From an uncultured bacterium (GTDB lineage: Bacteria; Armatimonadota; Abditibacteriia; Abditibacteriales; Abditibacteriaceae), in the NCBI GenBank assembly GCA_963843795.1, contig CAWJLW010000006.1, positions 3,174,375-3,238,374 of the forward strand: 64,000 bases of DNA. The letters are read 5' to 3'. Shown piece after piece: positions 10,089 to 19,580 of this stretch; position 1 is the stretch's first letter; each line of letters starts with the position of its first letter. The position numbers and the translations under genes are program-made. Under the pieces are notes generated by a model. That model saw nothing but the letters and a program-made list of their open reading frames with translations. It did no database searches and was not told where the DNA came from.

Positions 10089-11280
10089 TTACTTTGTGAT
10101 TTTCGTAACGACGCCCGCGCCAACGGTGCGGCCACCTTCGCGAATCGCGAAGCGCAGACCTTCATCCATAGCAACCGGAGCCAACAAGTTCGACGTTCAT
10201 TTTGATGTTGTCGCCCGGCATGACCATTTCGGCGCCACCGCCGAGTTCCGTAACCGAACCCGTAACGTCGGTGGTGCGGAAGTAGAACTGCGGACGGTAG
10301 TTCTTGAAGAACGGCGTGTGACGGCCACCTTCTTCTTTCGACAAGATATAAACCTCGGCCTCGAAATGGGTGTGCGGTGTGATCGAACCCGGCTTGGCGA
10401 TAACCTGGCCGCGCTCGATGTCTTCGCGCTTCAAGCCGCGCAACAAAGCGCCGCAGTTGTAACCGGCGACGGCAGTGTCCAGCGACTTGTTGAACATTTC
10501 CAGACCGGTGACAGCGGTTTTCTGCGTATCGCGGATACCGACGATTTCGACTTCTTCGCCGACTTTGATCTGGCCGCGCTCGATACGACCCGTGGCAACC
10601 GTGCCGCGACCCGAAATCGTGAACACGTCTTCGACAGCCATCAAGAACGGCTTGTCGATTTCGCGTTCGGGTTCGGGAACATACGAATCCAGAGCGTCCA
10701 TCAATTCGGCAATCGGCGCTTCATCGGCTTCATCAGTGGCGTTGAGGGCTTTGAGACCCGAACCACGAATGATCGGCATGTCGTCGCCGGGGAAGTCGTA
10801 TTTGGAAAGCAATTCGCGCAATTCCAATTCGACCAATTCCAGCAATTCTGCGTCGTCAACCATGTCCACTTTGTTCAAGAAGACGACGATGTACGGCACG
10901 CCGACCTGTCTGGCCAGCAGAATGTGCTCGCGCGTCTGCGGCATCGGGCCGTCGGCGGCGGAAACAACCAGAATCGCGCCGTCCATCTGCGCCGCGCCGG
11001 TGATCATGTTTTTCACATAGTCGGCGTGGCCGGGACAGTCAACGTGCGCGTAGTGACGGTTTTCGGTTTCGTATTCAACGTGAGCGGTAGCGATAGTAAT
11101 ACCGCGCTCGCGCTCTTCGGGCGCCTTGTCGATCTGGTCGAAAGCGACGTTTTTGGCGAACCCTTTCTTTGCCTGCACTTTGGTGATCGCGGCGGTCAGC
11201 GTGGTTTTTCCATGGTCAACGTGACCGATGGTGCCGACGTTCACGTGCGGCTTGGTGCTTTCGTACTTCTGCTTGGCCAT
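10089..11280 (-). CDS. tuf: Elongation factor Tu (apparent +1 error near 10181)
   Basis: [17 protein letters not shown]; the shifted frame gives [30 protein letters not shown]. Confidence 0.98.
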
Positions 11281-11363
11281 TGGTAGGCTACTCCTTCAAA
11301 TATTTCCGGCGTTCAAAATTAGGAAGTCGCCACCAACCTTCCGGCGACACCCACGAATCGGTA

Positions 11364-11392
11364 ATTATAACGTTTTTGGACCGCTCTTTCAA
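11364..11392 (-). promoter_or_regulatory. Sigma70-type promoter of tuf
   Basis: TTGAAA-N17-TATAAT on the minus strand, about 85 nt upstream of the tuf ATG. Confidence 0.8.
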
Positions 11393-11559
11393 GCAAGCCG
11401 AAAACGCTGATGACACAAAAAAACCCTTCTTCACACGTCACACAGACGCGCAAACGAAGGGCATTCGTAGCACGCCTGCAGTATCGTTGTGTGAGGCAAA
11501 ACGTCTTGCCACGCGACTTACGGGCGAAAAATACTAAATTTTCGGGACACCGACGTTAA

Positions 11560-11588
11560 ATTATACCGTGCAGCAATCATGCCCGCAA
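11560..11588 (-). promoter_or_regulatory. Second, upstream sigma70-type promoter; its -35 overlaps a palindrome copy
   Basis: TTGCGG-N17-TATAAT on the minus strand. Confidence 0.6.
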
Positions 11589-11655
11589 GTACTTGCAGTG
11601 ATTTTTTGCGTTTTTTCTATTGCAAGTACCTGCAATGCCAACAAAGCATACCTTG

Positions 11656-13386
11656 TCAATCGCTGCTTAACAACGTCAGCGAATAGCCCGGCAACGTCCA
11701 CACGCCCTTTTCCGGCACTTGAAAGCCGCTCGTCGTGCCCGTTGCATCAATACGCTGCGTGTCCCATTTTTGCCCTGCAAGTACTTGGAGGGCATTAGGC
11801 AGCGTTACCGAACGCTCCGCTTTGTTCAATAACAGCAGCGTTTTCTGATTATCGGCACGTTGCAGCGCGATGACTTCCAACGCGTCTTCATCAGACGAGT
11901 TCGCTTCAACCAATTGGCCGTGCAAGTACTTGCTGCTCCATTGATACAATTGTCCGGTCGCGCGCAGCGTATTATCGCCATTAATCAAGCCATAAGAGCC
12001 GCCCTTGACGTGCCACATTGTGACTCCGTCAATCGGCGTTGCGGCCAGATGGTGCAGTGTCGAAGCCAAAAACAGCGCGCCAATATTGTTGCCGTGGCGC
12101 CTCTCGACCGGCGTCCACACCCATTTGATATTCAGTTCGCTCAGAAAAAATTCCAGTTTTCTGTCGGGCGCATATTTCTGCGCGGCGCTCGTCACATCGC
12201 GCGCCATGTCGGCAATATGCGCAGCTTTGCTCAAAACTGTCGCGTTGTCGTCGTAAATATCGCCCGAAGCGTAGTTATGCCAGGTGAAAAAATCGACATT
12301 TTGGGCGCAGTTTCGGAAAAAGCCTTCGAGCCATTCGGGTTTGGGCCAACTGAAAGCCGGGCCGCCGATTTTTGCTGTGGGGTCAGCTTTTTTCACTGCC
12401 GCCGCGCACTTATTGAAAACCCGCCACAGCGCGGGCAATTGATTGTTGCGCTCGTAAACACTATCGAACTCATTAGTCAATTCCCAGTAGTCAATCCGGC
12501 GCTTGATATCGTCGCGCATCAGTCGCGCCAAATCGCCCAGCAAAGCGGCGAATTGGTCTTCTTCGTCGGGCGTGAGAACTGCTTTGGTGCTAAGCCAGCC
12601 AGGACAGCGCGCCAGATTCAACATGATTTTGGCATCGCCGTAACCCGTTGAAGCCGCCAGGCCAGCGCGTATTTTTTCGACATCCCAACTGCGCGTTTGC
12701 GCGTTCGTCCACGCATCAACAATGCCACCGTTGTGAATACGAATCAAAGGCGCATGAAATTCGCCCAGCAAAGTTTGAAATTGTGTGTCGGCGGCTTTTT
12801 GCGGGTCGAGCACTTCGTAATCATTGATGCCCCACAATTGCGGCTTCATTTCGCCAAGGACCTTGTTCCAATTCACACGGGCTTCAATCGTCAAAGCTGG
12901 CAGCGCGTTGTTCGGTTCAAATGGCGGCAGGGTTTTGACGGTGGCCGGTGCGAGAACGATGGCGTCTAATACGGGCGCTTTCTGATCCAGTCCGCCGCGA
13001 ATGATGACCAGACCGCGACCCAAATCGGCACGGCTGTAAGTGCCAGCATCTTTCCATTGAAAATCGTTCGGTGCGTCCCATAGCCAGTGCAGATCTTTCT
13101 GACCACCAGCTAAATCGGCTTTGAGCAGAAGCGGCCCGGCTTTGTAATTCACCCAGATTTGAAACGCATTGGTATCATTTTGCGGCAACGGCGCACGCAA
13201 AAGCGTCTGCCATTCGCGCTGCATCGTAACCGCTTTGCCGCCGGAAGCGCTCTGGTCGGCAAGTACTTGCAGGTCGCCCTGAGCAAGTTCAGTTTCAGCT
13301 TCGATCAACGTGCCTTTGGGCGTTTCGTCCGCAGCCAAAACGGGCGCAAACGCAGCGAGCAGCAGAAAATACAGTGCAATTTTCAT
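11656..13386 (-). CDS. Secreted glycoside hydrolase, GH39-like (clan GH-A)
   Basis: Signal peptide; YWELTNEFD (acid/base), KIGGPAF, DFFTWHNY, FFLSELN (nucleophile). Confidence 0.7.
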   Translation of the reverse strand: MKIALYFLLLAAFAPVLAADETPKGTLIEAETELAQGDLQVLADQSASGGKAVTMQREWQTLLRAPLPQNDTNAFQIWVNYKAGPLLLKADLAGGQKDLHWLWDAPNDFQWKDAGTYSRADLGRGLVIIRGGLDQKAPVLDAIVLAPATVKTLPPFEPNNALPALTIEARVNWNKVLGEMKPQLWGINDYEVLDPQKAADTQFQTLLGEFHAPLIRIHNGGIVDAWTNAQTRSWDVEKIRAGLAASTGYGDAKIMLNLARCPGWLSTKAVLTPDEEDQFAALLGDLARLMRDDIKRRIDYWELTNEFDSVYERNNQLPALWRVFNKCAAAVKKADPTAKIGGPAFSWPKPEWLEGFFRNCAQNVDFFTWHNYASGDIYDDNATVLSKAAHIADMARDVTSAAQKYAPDRKLEFFLSELNIKWVWTPVERRHGNNIGALFLASTLHHLAATPIDGVTMWHVKGGSYGLINGDNTLRATGQLYQWSSKYLHGQLVEANSSDEDALEVIALQRADNQKTLLLLNKAERSVTLPNALQVLAGQKWDTQRIDATGTTSGFQVPEKGVWTLPGYSLTLLSSD

Positions 13387-13394
13387 AGTTCATT

Positions 13395-13823
13395 TCATGC
13401 GCGCGGCGCTTTCAATAACAAGAGCGGAATTTCAACGGCGTGGCGCACTTTGTCGACCGTCGTTCCGTAAATTAAATCGCTGAGAAAACGATGGCCGTGT
13501 GTGCTCATGGCGATTAAATCGACGCCTTGTGCGCGCGCAACTTTGATGATTTCGTCCGCTGGTTCGCCCATCAAAAGCAAGGTTTCGACGTCCAATTGAT
13601 GACCTTGCATTTCCGCGCACACTTCGCTGAGATAGGCCCGATCTACGCGCACTTCTTCGGATTCGACCAACTTCAATTCTTCGCCGTGGCGCGCCGCCCA
13701 GCCATCGGCGACGTGAACCAGTAGCAGTCTGCTTTGGAACTGCTGAGCGAGCGGCACGATGTGTTCTAATATGGCGCGGTCGGTCTGGCTATTTTCTAAA
13801 GTCACCAGCACTTTCTCATACAT
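13395..13823 (-). CDS. Universal stress protein
   Basis: MYEKVLV...GEPADEII...DLIAMSTHG...GTTVDKVRH; overlaps the mntH stop. Confidence 0.9.
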   Translation of the reverse strand: MYEKVLVTLENSQTDRAILEHIVPLAQQFQSRLLLVHVADGWAARHGEELKLVESEEVRVDRAYLSEVCAEMQGHQLDVETLLLMGEPADEIIKVARAQGVDLIAMSTHGHRFLSDLIYGTTVDKVRHAVEIPLLLLKAPRA

Positions 13824-15243
13824 GAGATGCCTCCTCCAGCGCAGCTTGCTGCGGCGGTTGGCCTTTGTAACCGAACATCACCCACAAGCTGAAACTCAAC
13901 GCAACAATTGTCACCAGCGAAAGCCACAGCGCGCCGATTTCTTGATAAAGCAAGTAAATATTAAGTGTGGAAATGATAAAAACCACACCGAAGCCAACAA
14001 TTTTTAGCCATAGCGGATTGACAAATTCGCCCATGCGCCGCTTGTCGGAAGTGAACATCAAAAGCGGAAAAATCGCAAACGGCAACTGTAATGATAAAAC
14101 TACCTGCGACAAAATCAACAAGCCAACCGTGTTCTTGCCCCCAGAAGCTGAAATCAAGATCATGGCGGGAATAATCGCCAGTCCGCGCGTGATGATGCGC
14201 CGCAGCCACGGTTTCATGCGGAAATTCAAAAAACCTTCCATCACGATTTGTCCTGCCAACGTTCCGGTAATCGTCGAAGATTGACCCGAAGCCAACAACG
14301 CCACTGCGAACGCGGTGGCCGCAATCGGCGCACCCAGCATCGGCGCCAGCAAGCGGTGTGCTTCTTCCAATTCGGCCACATCGAACATTCCACGCGCGTG
14401 GAAAACCGCTGCTGCCACCACCAAAATTGCCGCATTAACGAAAAACGCCGCACCCAATGCGATTATCGTGTCAATGGTATTGAAGCGAATCGCCTGCCTT
14501 TTGCCATCGGGCGTGTTCTCGCTGCGCCGCGTTTGCACAATCGCCGAATGCAGATACAAATTGTGCGGCATTACTGTCGCGCCCAAAATGCCAATTGCGA
14601 TATAAAACGCGTCCGCACTGGGCATCGTAGGAATAAAAGTTCCCTGCGCCACGCCCGCCCAATCGGGTTTTGAGACGAAAATTTGCAGCGCGAAGCACAA
14701 GCCAATCGTGCCGACGAGCGCGATAATGACCGCTTCGATTTTGCGAAAACCAAAATGCATCAAGCCCAATAAGAAAATCACGTCCAAACCGGTAATCAAA
14801 ACGCCCCACAATAAGGGCAATTTGAACAGTAATTGCAGCGCGACCGCCGAGCCGATCACTTCGGCCAAATCGCACGCGATAATGGCGATTTCGCACAACA
14901 ACCACAACGCAATCGCGGCGGGCCTTTTATAATAATCGCGGCACGCCTGCGCGAGGTCGCGCCCGGTCGCTAAACCCAAGCGCACGCAAAGAGTTTGCAG
15001 CAGCATCGCCATCAGGTTCGATGCCAGAATCACCCACAACAAGGCATAGCCAAATTTGGCGCCGCCCGCGATATCGGTCGCCCAGTTGCCCGGATCCATA
15101 TAGCCTACGCTGACCAGATAACCCGGCCCCGCAAACGACAAAAATCGCCGTACCCAGCCGCCTTTGTTGTTCAGCGCCACACTGCCACGTATATCACCTT
15201 CACCACCGATTTCATCTCGATGCAGCGCATCTTGTATCGCCAT
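13816..15243 (-). CDS. mntH: Nramp-family Mn2+/divalent metal transporter
   Basis: YMDPGNW, MPHNLYLHS, GQSSTITGTLAGQIVMEGF. Confidence 0.95.
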   Translation of the reverse strand: MAIQDALHRDEIGGEGDIRGSVALNNKGGWVRRFLSFAGPGYLVSVGYMDPGNWATDIAGGAKFGYALLWVILASNLMAMLLQTLCVRLGLATGRDLAQACRDYYKRPAAIALWLLCEIAIIACDLAEVIGSAVALQLLFKLPLLWGVLITGLDVIFLLGLMHFGFRKIEAVIIALVGTIGLCFALQIFVSKPDWAGVAQGTFIPTMPSADAFYIAIGILGATVMPHNLYLHSAIVQTRRSENTPDGKRQAIRFNTIDTIIALGAAFFVNAAILVVAAAVFHARGMFDVAELEEAHRLLAPMLGAPIAATAFAVALLASGQSSTITGTLAGQIVMEGFLNFRMKPWLRRIITRGLAIIPAMILISASGGKNTVGLLILSQVVLSLQLPFAIFPLLMFTSDKRRMGEFVNPLWLKIVGFGVVFIISTLNIYLLYQEIGALWLSLVTIVALSFSLWVMFGYKGQPPQQAALEEASHV

Positions 15244-15317
15244 AATTGCTCGCTCCCAACGCACTGCAAGTACTTGCAGCAGCACTTTCCAGTAATTTAA
15301 AACGCGCTAATCAAAAG

Positions 15318-15333
15318 ATTAGCCTCGTCTAAT
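15318..15333. promoter_or_regulatory. Putative DtxR/MntR-family operator upstream of mntH
   Basis: ATTAG-cctcgt-CTAAT (TTAG-N6-CTAA) in an AT-rich context about 75 nt upstream of mntH. Confidence 0.6.
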
Positions 15334-15383
15334 TTAACAGAAAATTTGTGAATTATCAAGCGCGATTTTGGGAAGCAGATACG

Positions 15384-15427
15384 AAAAAACCTCCGCGTAT
15401 TTGTCATGACAAATGCGCGGAGGTTTT
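15384..15427 (-). terminator. Terminator hairpin downstream of the LivK-like gene
   Basis: AAAACCTCCGCGTATTTGTCA/TGACAAATGCGCGGAGGTTTT near-perfect inverted repeat with A/T tails. Confidence 0.75.
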
Positions 15428-15439
15428 CGATCAGGTGTT

Positions 15440-16678
15440 TTACGGTTCGACGGTTTTGACGAATTCGGTGGCTTTGCCTTTCACTTGCAAGATGGCAGCC
15501 GACTTGACAGCATTGCGCTTATCGTTGATAGAAATAGTGCCGGTGACGCCGTTGAAATTTTTGGTTTGGGCCAGTGCATCGCGCAGTTTGGCACGGTCGA
15601 GTTCGCCAGCGCTTTTGATGGCTTCGAACATAATGCGCGCGGCGTCATAGGCACAAGCGGCCAGAGCGTCAGGCGTTTCTCCGTAGCGCGCTTTGTAGTC
15701 GCCGACGAATTTCACGACTTTGGGGTCTTTGCTTTCGGGCGAATAATGATTGGAAAAATAAGAGCCTTCAATAGCATTGCGTCCGATTTCAAATAATTTC
15801 GGCGAATCCCAGCCATCGCCACCCATCAAAGGTTGGTTGAGGCCCGAACTGCGCGCCTGCACCGCGATATTGCCGACCTCGGTGTAATAGCCGGGAACAT
15901 AAATCACATCGGGATTTTGGCCTTTGATCGCTGTCAGTTGACCACGAAAATCTTTATCGCCTTCGGAATACGACTGTGCGGCAACAATAGTACCACCATT
16001 TTTCTTCCAGTCTTCGGTGAAAAATTCGGTCAATCCTTTAGAATAATCGTTGGCCACGTCAGTCAGTACAGCGGCTTTTTTTGCCCGCAGCGTTTCGCGC
16101 GCAAACTTCGACATTACAGTGCCCTGAAACGGGTCAATGAAACAGGTACGAAAAATGTAGTCGCCAACTTCTGTGACAGCCGGATTGGTCGAACTGGGCG
16201 AAAGCATCGGCACACCGGCTTTCTGACAAACCGGCGCGGCGGCTAAGGAACGCGAACTGGCGACTTCACCCAGCACTGCCAGCACTTTATTTTCATTAAT
16301 GAGCTTCAAAACCGCGCTCGAAGCCTGCTCGGTTTTCGAGGCGTCATCGATGACGATGACTTCGACTTTCTTACCCAGAATGCCGCCAGCTTTGTTGATT
16401 TCATCAGTCGCCATCTGAATGCCGTTATCGCTGCTTTTGCCAAAAGTCGCCGTCGCGCCGGTCAGAGAACCGTATTCGCCCAGCACGATTTTATCTTGAT
16501 TGGCATCATAAGGCGGCGCGGCATTGATATTGGCGTTGGCATTACTGCCACCAGGCGCACCCGGCGTGTTGGCAGCGGGTTCTTTGCAACCGGCGGCGGC
16601 GATGAGAACGCCCAGACAAGCGAGATAATGTTGCGAACGAAAAGAAAATAATTTTTGGGAAAAAGATCGCGCGATCAT
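15440..16678 (-). CDS. Branched-chain amino acid ABC transporter substrate-binding lipoprotein (LivK-like)
   Basis: Lipobox AAAGC; SLTGATATFG, GEVASSRSLAAAP, YIFRTCFIDPFQG, MGGDGWD; start uncertain. Confidence 0.9.
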   Translation of the reverse strand: MIARSFSQKLFSFRSQHYLACLGVLIAAAGCKEPAANTPGAPGGSNANANINAAPPYDANQDKIVLGEYGSLTGATATFGKSSDNGIQMATDEINKAGGILGKKVEVIVIDDASKTEQASSAVLKLINENKVLAVLGEVASSRSLAAAPVCQKAGVPMLSPSSTNPAVTEVGDYIFRTCFIDPFQGTVMSKFARETLRAKKAAVLTDVANDYSKGLTEFFTEDWKKNGGTIVAAQSYSEGDKDFRGQLTAIKGQNPDVIYVPGYYTEVGNIAVQARSSGLNQPLMGGDGWDSPKLFEIGRNAIEGSYFSNHYSPESKDPKVVKFVGDYKARYGETPDALAACAYDAARIMFEAIKSAGELDRAKLRDALAQTKNFNGVTGTISINDKRNAVKSAAILQVKGKATEFVKTVEP

Positions 16679-16834
16679 AATGAAAAACTCCTCTGCAGGT
16701 ACTTGCAGGCCATAAAATAACATCGCCCATTTTAACACGCTGGGATAATTATGGTTTTCTTCATATAAATTCAATTCGCGAAGGCTATTTGTTTTTCCCA
16801 GCCCACTGTTTCGCAACGGATTTAGCTCCAACAG

Positions 16835-16872
16835 CAAAAACCACCTTGCAAGTACTTGCAAGGTGGTTTTTG
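16835..16872. terminator. 38-bp perfect palindrome centred on the repeat; terminator-like
   Basis: CAAAAACCACCTTGCAAGT|ACTTGCAAGGTGGTTTTTG downstream of the anti-sigma gene. Confidence 0.7.
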
Positions 16873-16891
16873 GTTTCGACAACTCAGCTAT

Positions 16892-17413
16892 TTAATTTTC
16901 GTTATCGCCATTGGTGCTCGGCACAGCGCCGGGACGGACGGGCGCGACGGGACGCTTTGCCGGTTCGCGGTTGAGAATTTCATTGCGCTGTTTTTCGGTC
17001 AATTGTTGTGACGCTGTGGGACTGGCAATTGTAGCGTGCTTCGATTGATCGGGCGTCAAGAACATCGACAGTAAAGCTAAAATCGCTGCCACGGCGGCCA
17101 CACGCAAGCCCATTTTCAATGGCGAATTGCTCGGCCAGAGCGCTGCGCTCAACTGCGAAAACCATGCGCGAATAGGCGAGCGTTGCGGTTGCGCGGGCAA
17201 CTGTTCGCGCACTTTGATCCAGAAATCGTCACTGGCGCGCACGGGTTCACTTTTGTCCCATTCGACCAGCGCCATTTGTGCCATTTTCAAATCATTGACC
17301 AATTCGGCGTCTTCGGCGTTGCTTTGCAGATGCGCTTCGATTTCGGCCTGACGCTGTGGCGAAAGCGCGTTATCCAAATAGTCCATTACGTCGTTGTTGC
17401 TGAGCCTTTTCAT
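16892..17413 (-). CDS. Putative membrane-anchored anti-sigma factor
   Basis: Directly downstream of the ECF sigma; N-terminal YLDNALSPQRQAEIEAHL (zf-HC2-like, without the Cys residues); one TM segment. Confidence 0.75.
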   Translation of the reverse strand: MKRLSNNDVMDYLDNALSPQRQAEIEAHLQSNAEDAELVNDLKMAQMALVEWDKSEPVRASDDFWIKVREQLPAQPQRSPIRAWFSQLSAALWPSNSPLKMGLRVAAVAAILALLSMFLTPDQSKHATIASPTASQQLTEKQRNEILNREPAKRPVAPVRPGAVPSTNGDNEN

Positions 17414-17429
17414 TGTTATCACCGCGCCT

Positions 17430-17457
17430 TTGGACGCCACCTTTGTCACCGTGTTCT
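17430..17457 (-). promoter_or_regulatory. Putative ECF sigma promoter (anti-sigma gene)
   Basis: AGAAC-N16-CGTCcAA, same architecture as the site at 18159-18186. Confidence 0.6.
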
Positions 17458-17503
17458 GACTTTCTTGCAATTTTCTCAGAATCTTTTCTGCGCCACCAGA
17501 ATT

Positions 17504-18133
17504 TTATTTTACACCGCGCATATACGGCTTCAAGCGCCGCGCTAAATCGGCGCGCGCATGGAATAAACGACTTTTTACTGTACCAATCGGACAGTCCAAA
17601 ACCTGCGCGATTTCTTCGTATGCCATGCCCTGTAAATCGCACATCACCAAAACTGAACGCTGTTTCTCCGGCATCTCAGCCATTGTCTGGCGCACTTGCA
17701 GACGCAATTCATCGCGCTCGATTTGGCCCGACGGCTCGAAACTCAGGTCAGCGATTTCGCGCTTGCCCGAATCTTCCTCGCGATCAATTGGTTCATCCAA
17801 AGAATACGCGCTCTGTGGACGACGTTTTTTGGCGCGCACTCGGTCGATGCATAGATTTGTAGTGATGCGATAAAGCCAGGTCGAGAACGAACTGGCACCA
17901 CGAAACGATTCCAAATGGCGATAAGCCTTGATGAAAACTTCCTGCGCCACATCTTCGGCCTCGTCGCGGTCGCTGAGCATACGCGCGGCAAAACCGGTGA
18001 TCTTATCCTGATAACGTGTCACCAGCTGCTCAAACGCCGCCAAATCTTCATTGAGGGCGCGCTCAACCAAGGCGGCATCTTCGTCCGCATTTGGGTTGCG
18101 GGGCCATGTTTGCGAATAACTCATCGAAAGCAT
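17504..18133 (-). CDS. ECF RNA polymerase sigma factor (RpoE/SigW-like)
   Basis: AEDVAQEVFIKAY...FSTWLYRI...YEEIAQVLDCPIGTVKSRLFHAR. Confidence 0.95.
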   Translation of the reverse strand: MLSMSYSQTWPRNPNADEDAALVERALNEDLAAFEQLVTRYQDKITGFAARMLSDRDEAEDVAQEVFIKAYRHLESFRGASSFSTWLYRITTNLCIDRVRAKKRRPQSAYSLDEPIDREEDSGKREIADLSFEPSGQIERDELRLQVRQTMAEMPEKQRSVLVMCDLQGMAYEEIAQVLDCPIGTVKSRLFHARADLARRLKPYMRGVK

Positions 18134-18158
18134 CTCGTTGTTCCTCCACTTGCCATCT

Positions 18159-18186
18159 TTCGACGGATAGGAAGAAAACTTGTTCT
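18159..18186 (-). promoter_or_regulatory. Putative autoregulatory ECF sigma promoter
   Basis: AGAAC-N16-CGTCgAA just upstream of the GGAGG RBS of the sigma gene. Confidence 0.65.
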
Positions 18187-18210
18187 ATAGAAAACTAAAC
18201 TGTAAATGAC

Positions 18211-18873
18211 TTACTCGTAACGCGCAATCCATTCCGGCAGTTGCGCCAATTCATCCAAAATGCCATCGGCGCGGCCGGGAAACAAGGTCACATCGACCCA
18301 GCGCGCATCAGGAATCGCTACCGTCGTCATCCCTGCCGCTCGTCCAGATTGTAAGCCCGCCAGAGCATCTTCGACCACTAAGCACTGCTGCGGTTCTGTA
18401 TCCACTTTACGCGCCGCTGCGAGATAAATGTCTGGTGCGGGCTTGCCATTTTCGACTTCCTCGCCCGTTGTAATCGCATCAAAATAACGATTCAAATCGT
18501 GCCGTTTCAAGAACGGCAATACCAAATCGGCAATCGAACTGGTCGCCAACCCAATGACATAATTCTGTTTTTTGAGCGTTGCAAGTACTTGCGGCGCGCT
18601 TTGGAAAATTGGAATCTTTTCGGCGTAAAAATCGCGTGCGATATCGCGGCGGCGCAACATCATTTCTTCAATTTCCGCGCGAATATTGAAAGTTTCGCGA
18701 TAAAAATTGAGTGCAACCGAAAAGCTGGTGCCCAAAATTCTGTGTTTGTGCTCGCCAGCGTATTCAATACCATAAGTTTGGAGCATCGCGCTGTCAATAT
18801 CATTCCACATTGGCTCGGAATCGGCGATAACGCCGTCCAAATCGAATAAAATTGCGGCAAATTTCTGATTCAT
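18211..18873 (-). CDS. HAD-family phosphatase (IA)
   Basis: FDLDGVIADSE, GKPAPDIY, VVEDA. Confidence 0.93.
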   Translation of the reverse strand: MNQKFAAILFDLDGVIADSEPMWNDIDSAMLQTYGIEYAGEHKHRILGTSFSVALNFYRETFNIRAEIEEMMLRRRDIARDFYAEKIPIFQSAPQVLATLKKQNYVIGLATSSIADLVLPFLKRHDLNRYFDAITTGEEVENGKPAPDIYLAAARKVDTEPQQCLVVEDALAGLQSGRAAGMTTVAIPDARWVDVTLFPGRADGILDELAQLPEWIARYE

Positions 18874-18877
18874 AAAC

Positions 18878-19528
18878 TCAATGCGCTCGCCGCGCCACCA
18901 CTGTCACGAACATTCGTGGGCGCGCGACTTCGCCTGCTTTAGGCATTCCCCACTGCCACAATTGCGCCACTTCCAACGGCTGCCACTGCGCGCCCGGCAA
19001 AAATTCCAACAATTCATCGCGCGTCGGCAACCACAATTCCGCGTTGTCTTCAATCGGTTCGCTTTCTTCGCGCGCAAAAACGCTCAAGCCGACGATACCA
19101 TTTGGTGCGGCTAAATTTAGCGTTTGCCGCAACACGTTGGGCGCTGCTTTGCCGAGAAACTGCAAACAATTGATGGCCAAAACAACTTCAAAAGTTCCCA
19201 AATCGCGCGTCCAAGCCTCATTTTGCAAATCGCGCTGCCACATTTGCACCTCAGTGATTGCGTGCGTTTGCAAAAGTCGGCGCGTTTTTTCGAGGCCATT
19301 GTGTGTCAATTCCAAACCGGTCACTTTGTATCCGCTTTGCGCCAAAAACAACACATCCTGACCTTCGCCACATCCAATATCCAAAGCGCATCCGTCCGCA
19401 GTTTGCAGCGCGCGATGATAGCGCACGGCACGACGCGCGACCGGGCCGGGTTCCAGTCCGTAGAAATAATCGTCACCGGCAAAAGTCGCATTCCAATGTT
19501 CGTACTCCGCGTCGGGCGTTTGGCTCAT
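18878..19528 (-). CDS. Class I SAM-dependent methyltransferase (TehB-like)
   Basis: ALDIGCGEGQD motif I. Confidence 0.85.
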   Translation of the reverse strand: MSQTPDAEYEHWNATFAGDDYFYGLEPGPVARRAVRYHRALQTADGCALDIGCGEGQDVLFLAQSGYKVTGLELTHNGLEKTRRLLQTHAITEVQMWQRDLQNEAWTRDLGTFEVVLAINCLQFLGKAAPNVLRQTLNLAAPNGIVGLSVFAREESEPIEDNAELWLPTRDELLEFLPGAQWQPLEVAQLWQWGMPKAGEVARPRMFVTVVARRAH

Positions 19529-19580
19529 GGCGTGTATTTTACACAACGAAACCCGCTGCAAGTACTTACAGCGGCCCTTA

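Noticed and set aside
5853..11280. Programmed frameshifting or pseudogenes in rpsS, rplC, rpsJ and tuf
   Set aside because: Directions are mixed, there are no stimulatory signals, the genes are essential, and the breaks fall in homopolymers. Sequencing error is more parsimonious.
10003..11286. Long antisense ORFs (427 aa opposite tuf; also opposite pfkA, fba and GH76)
   Set aside because: These are shadow ORFs produced by codon bias of the real genes and show no protein motifs.
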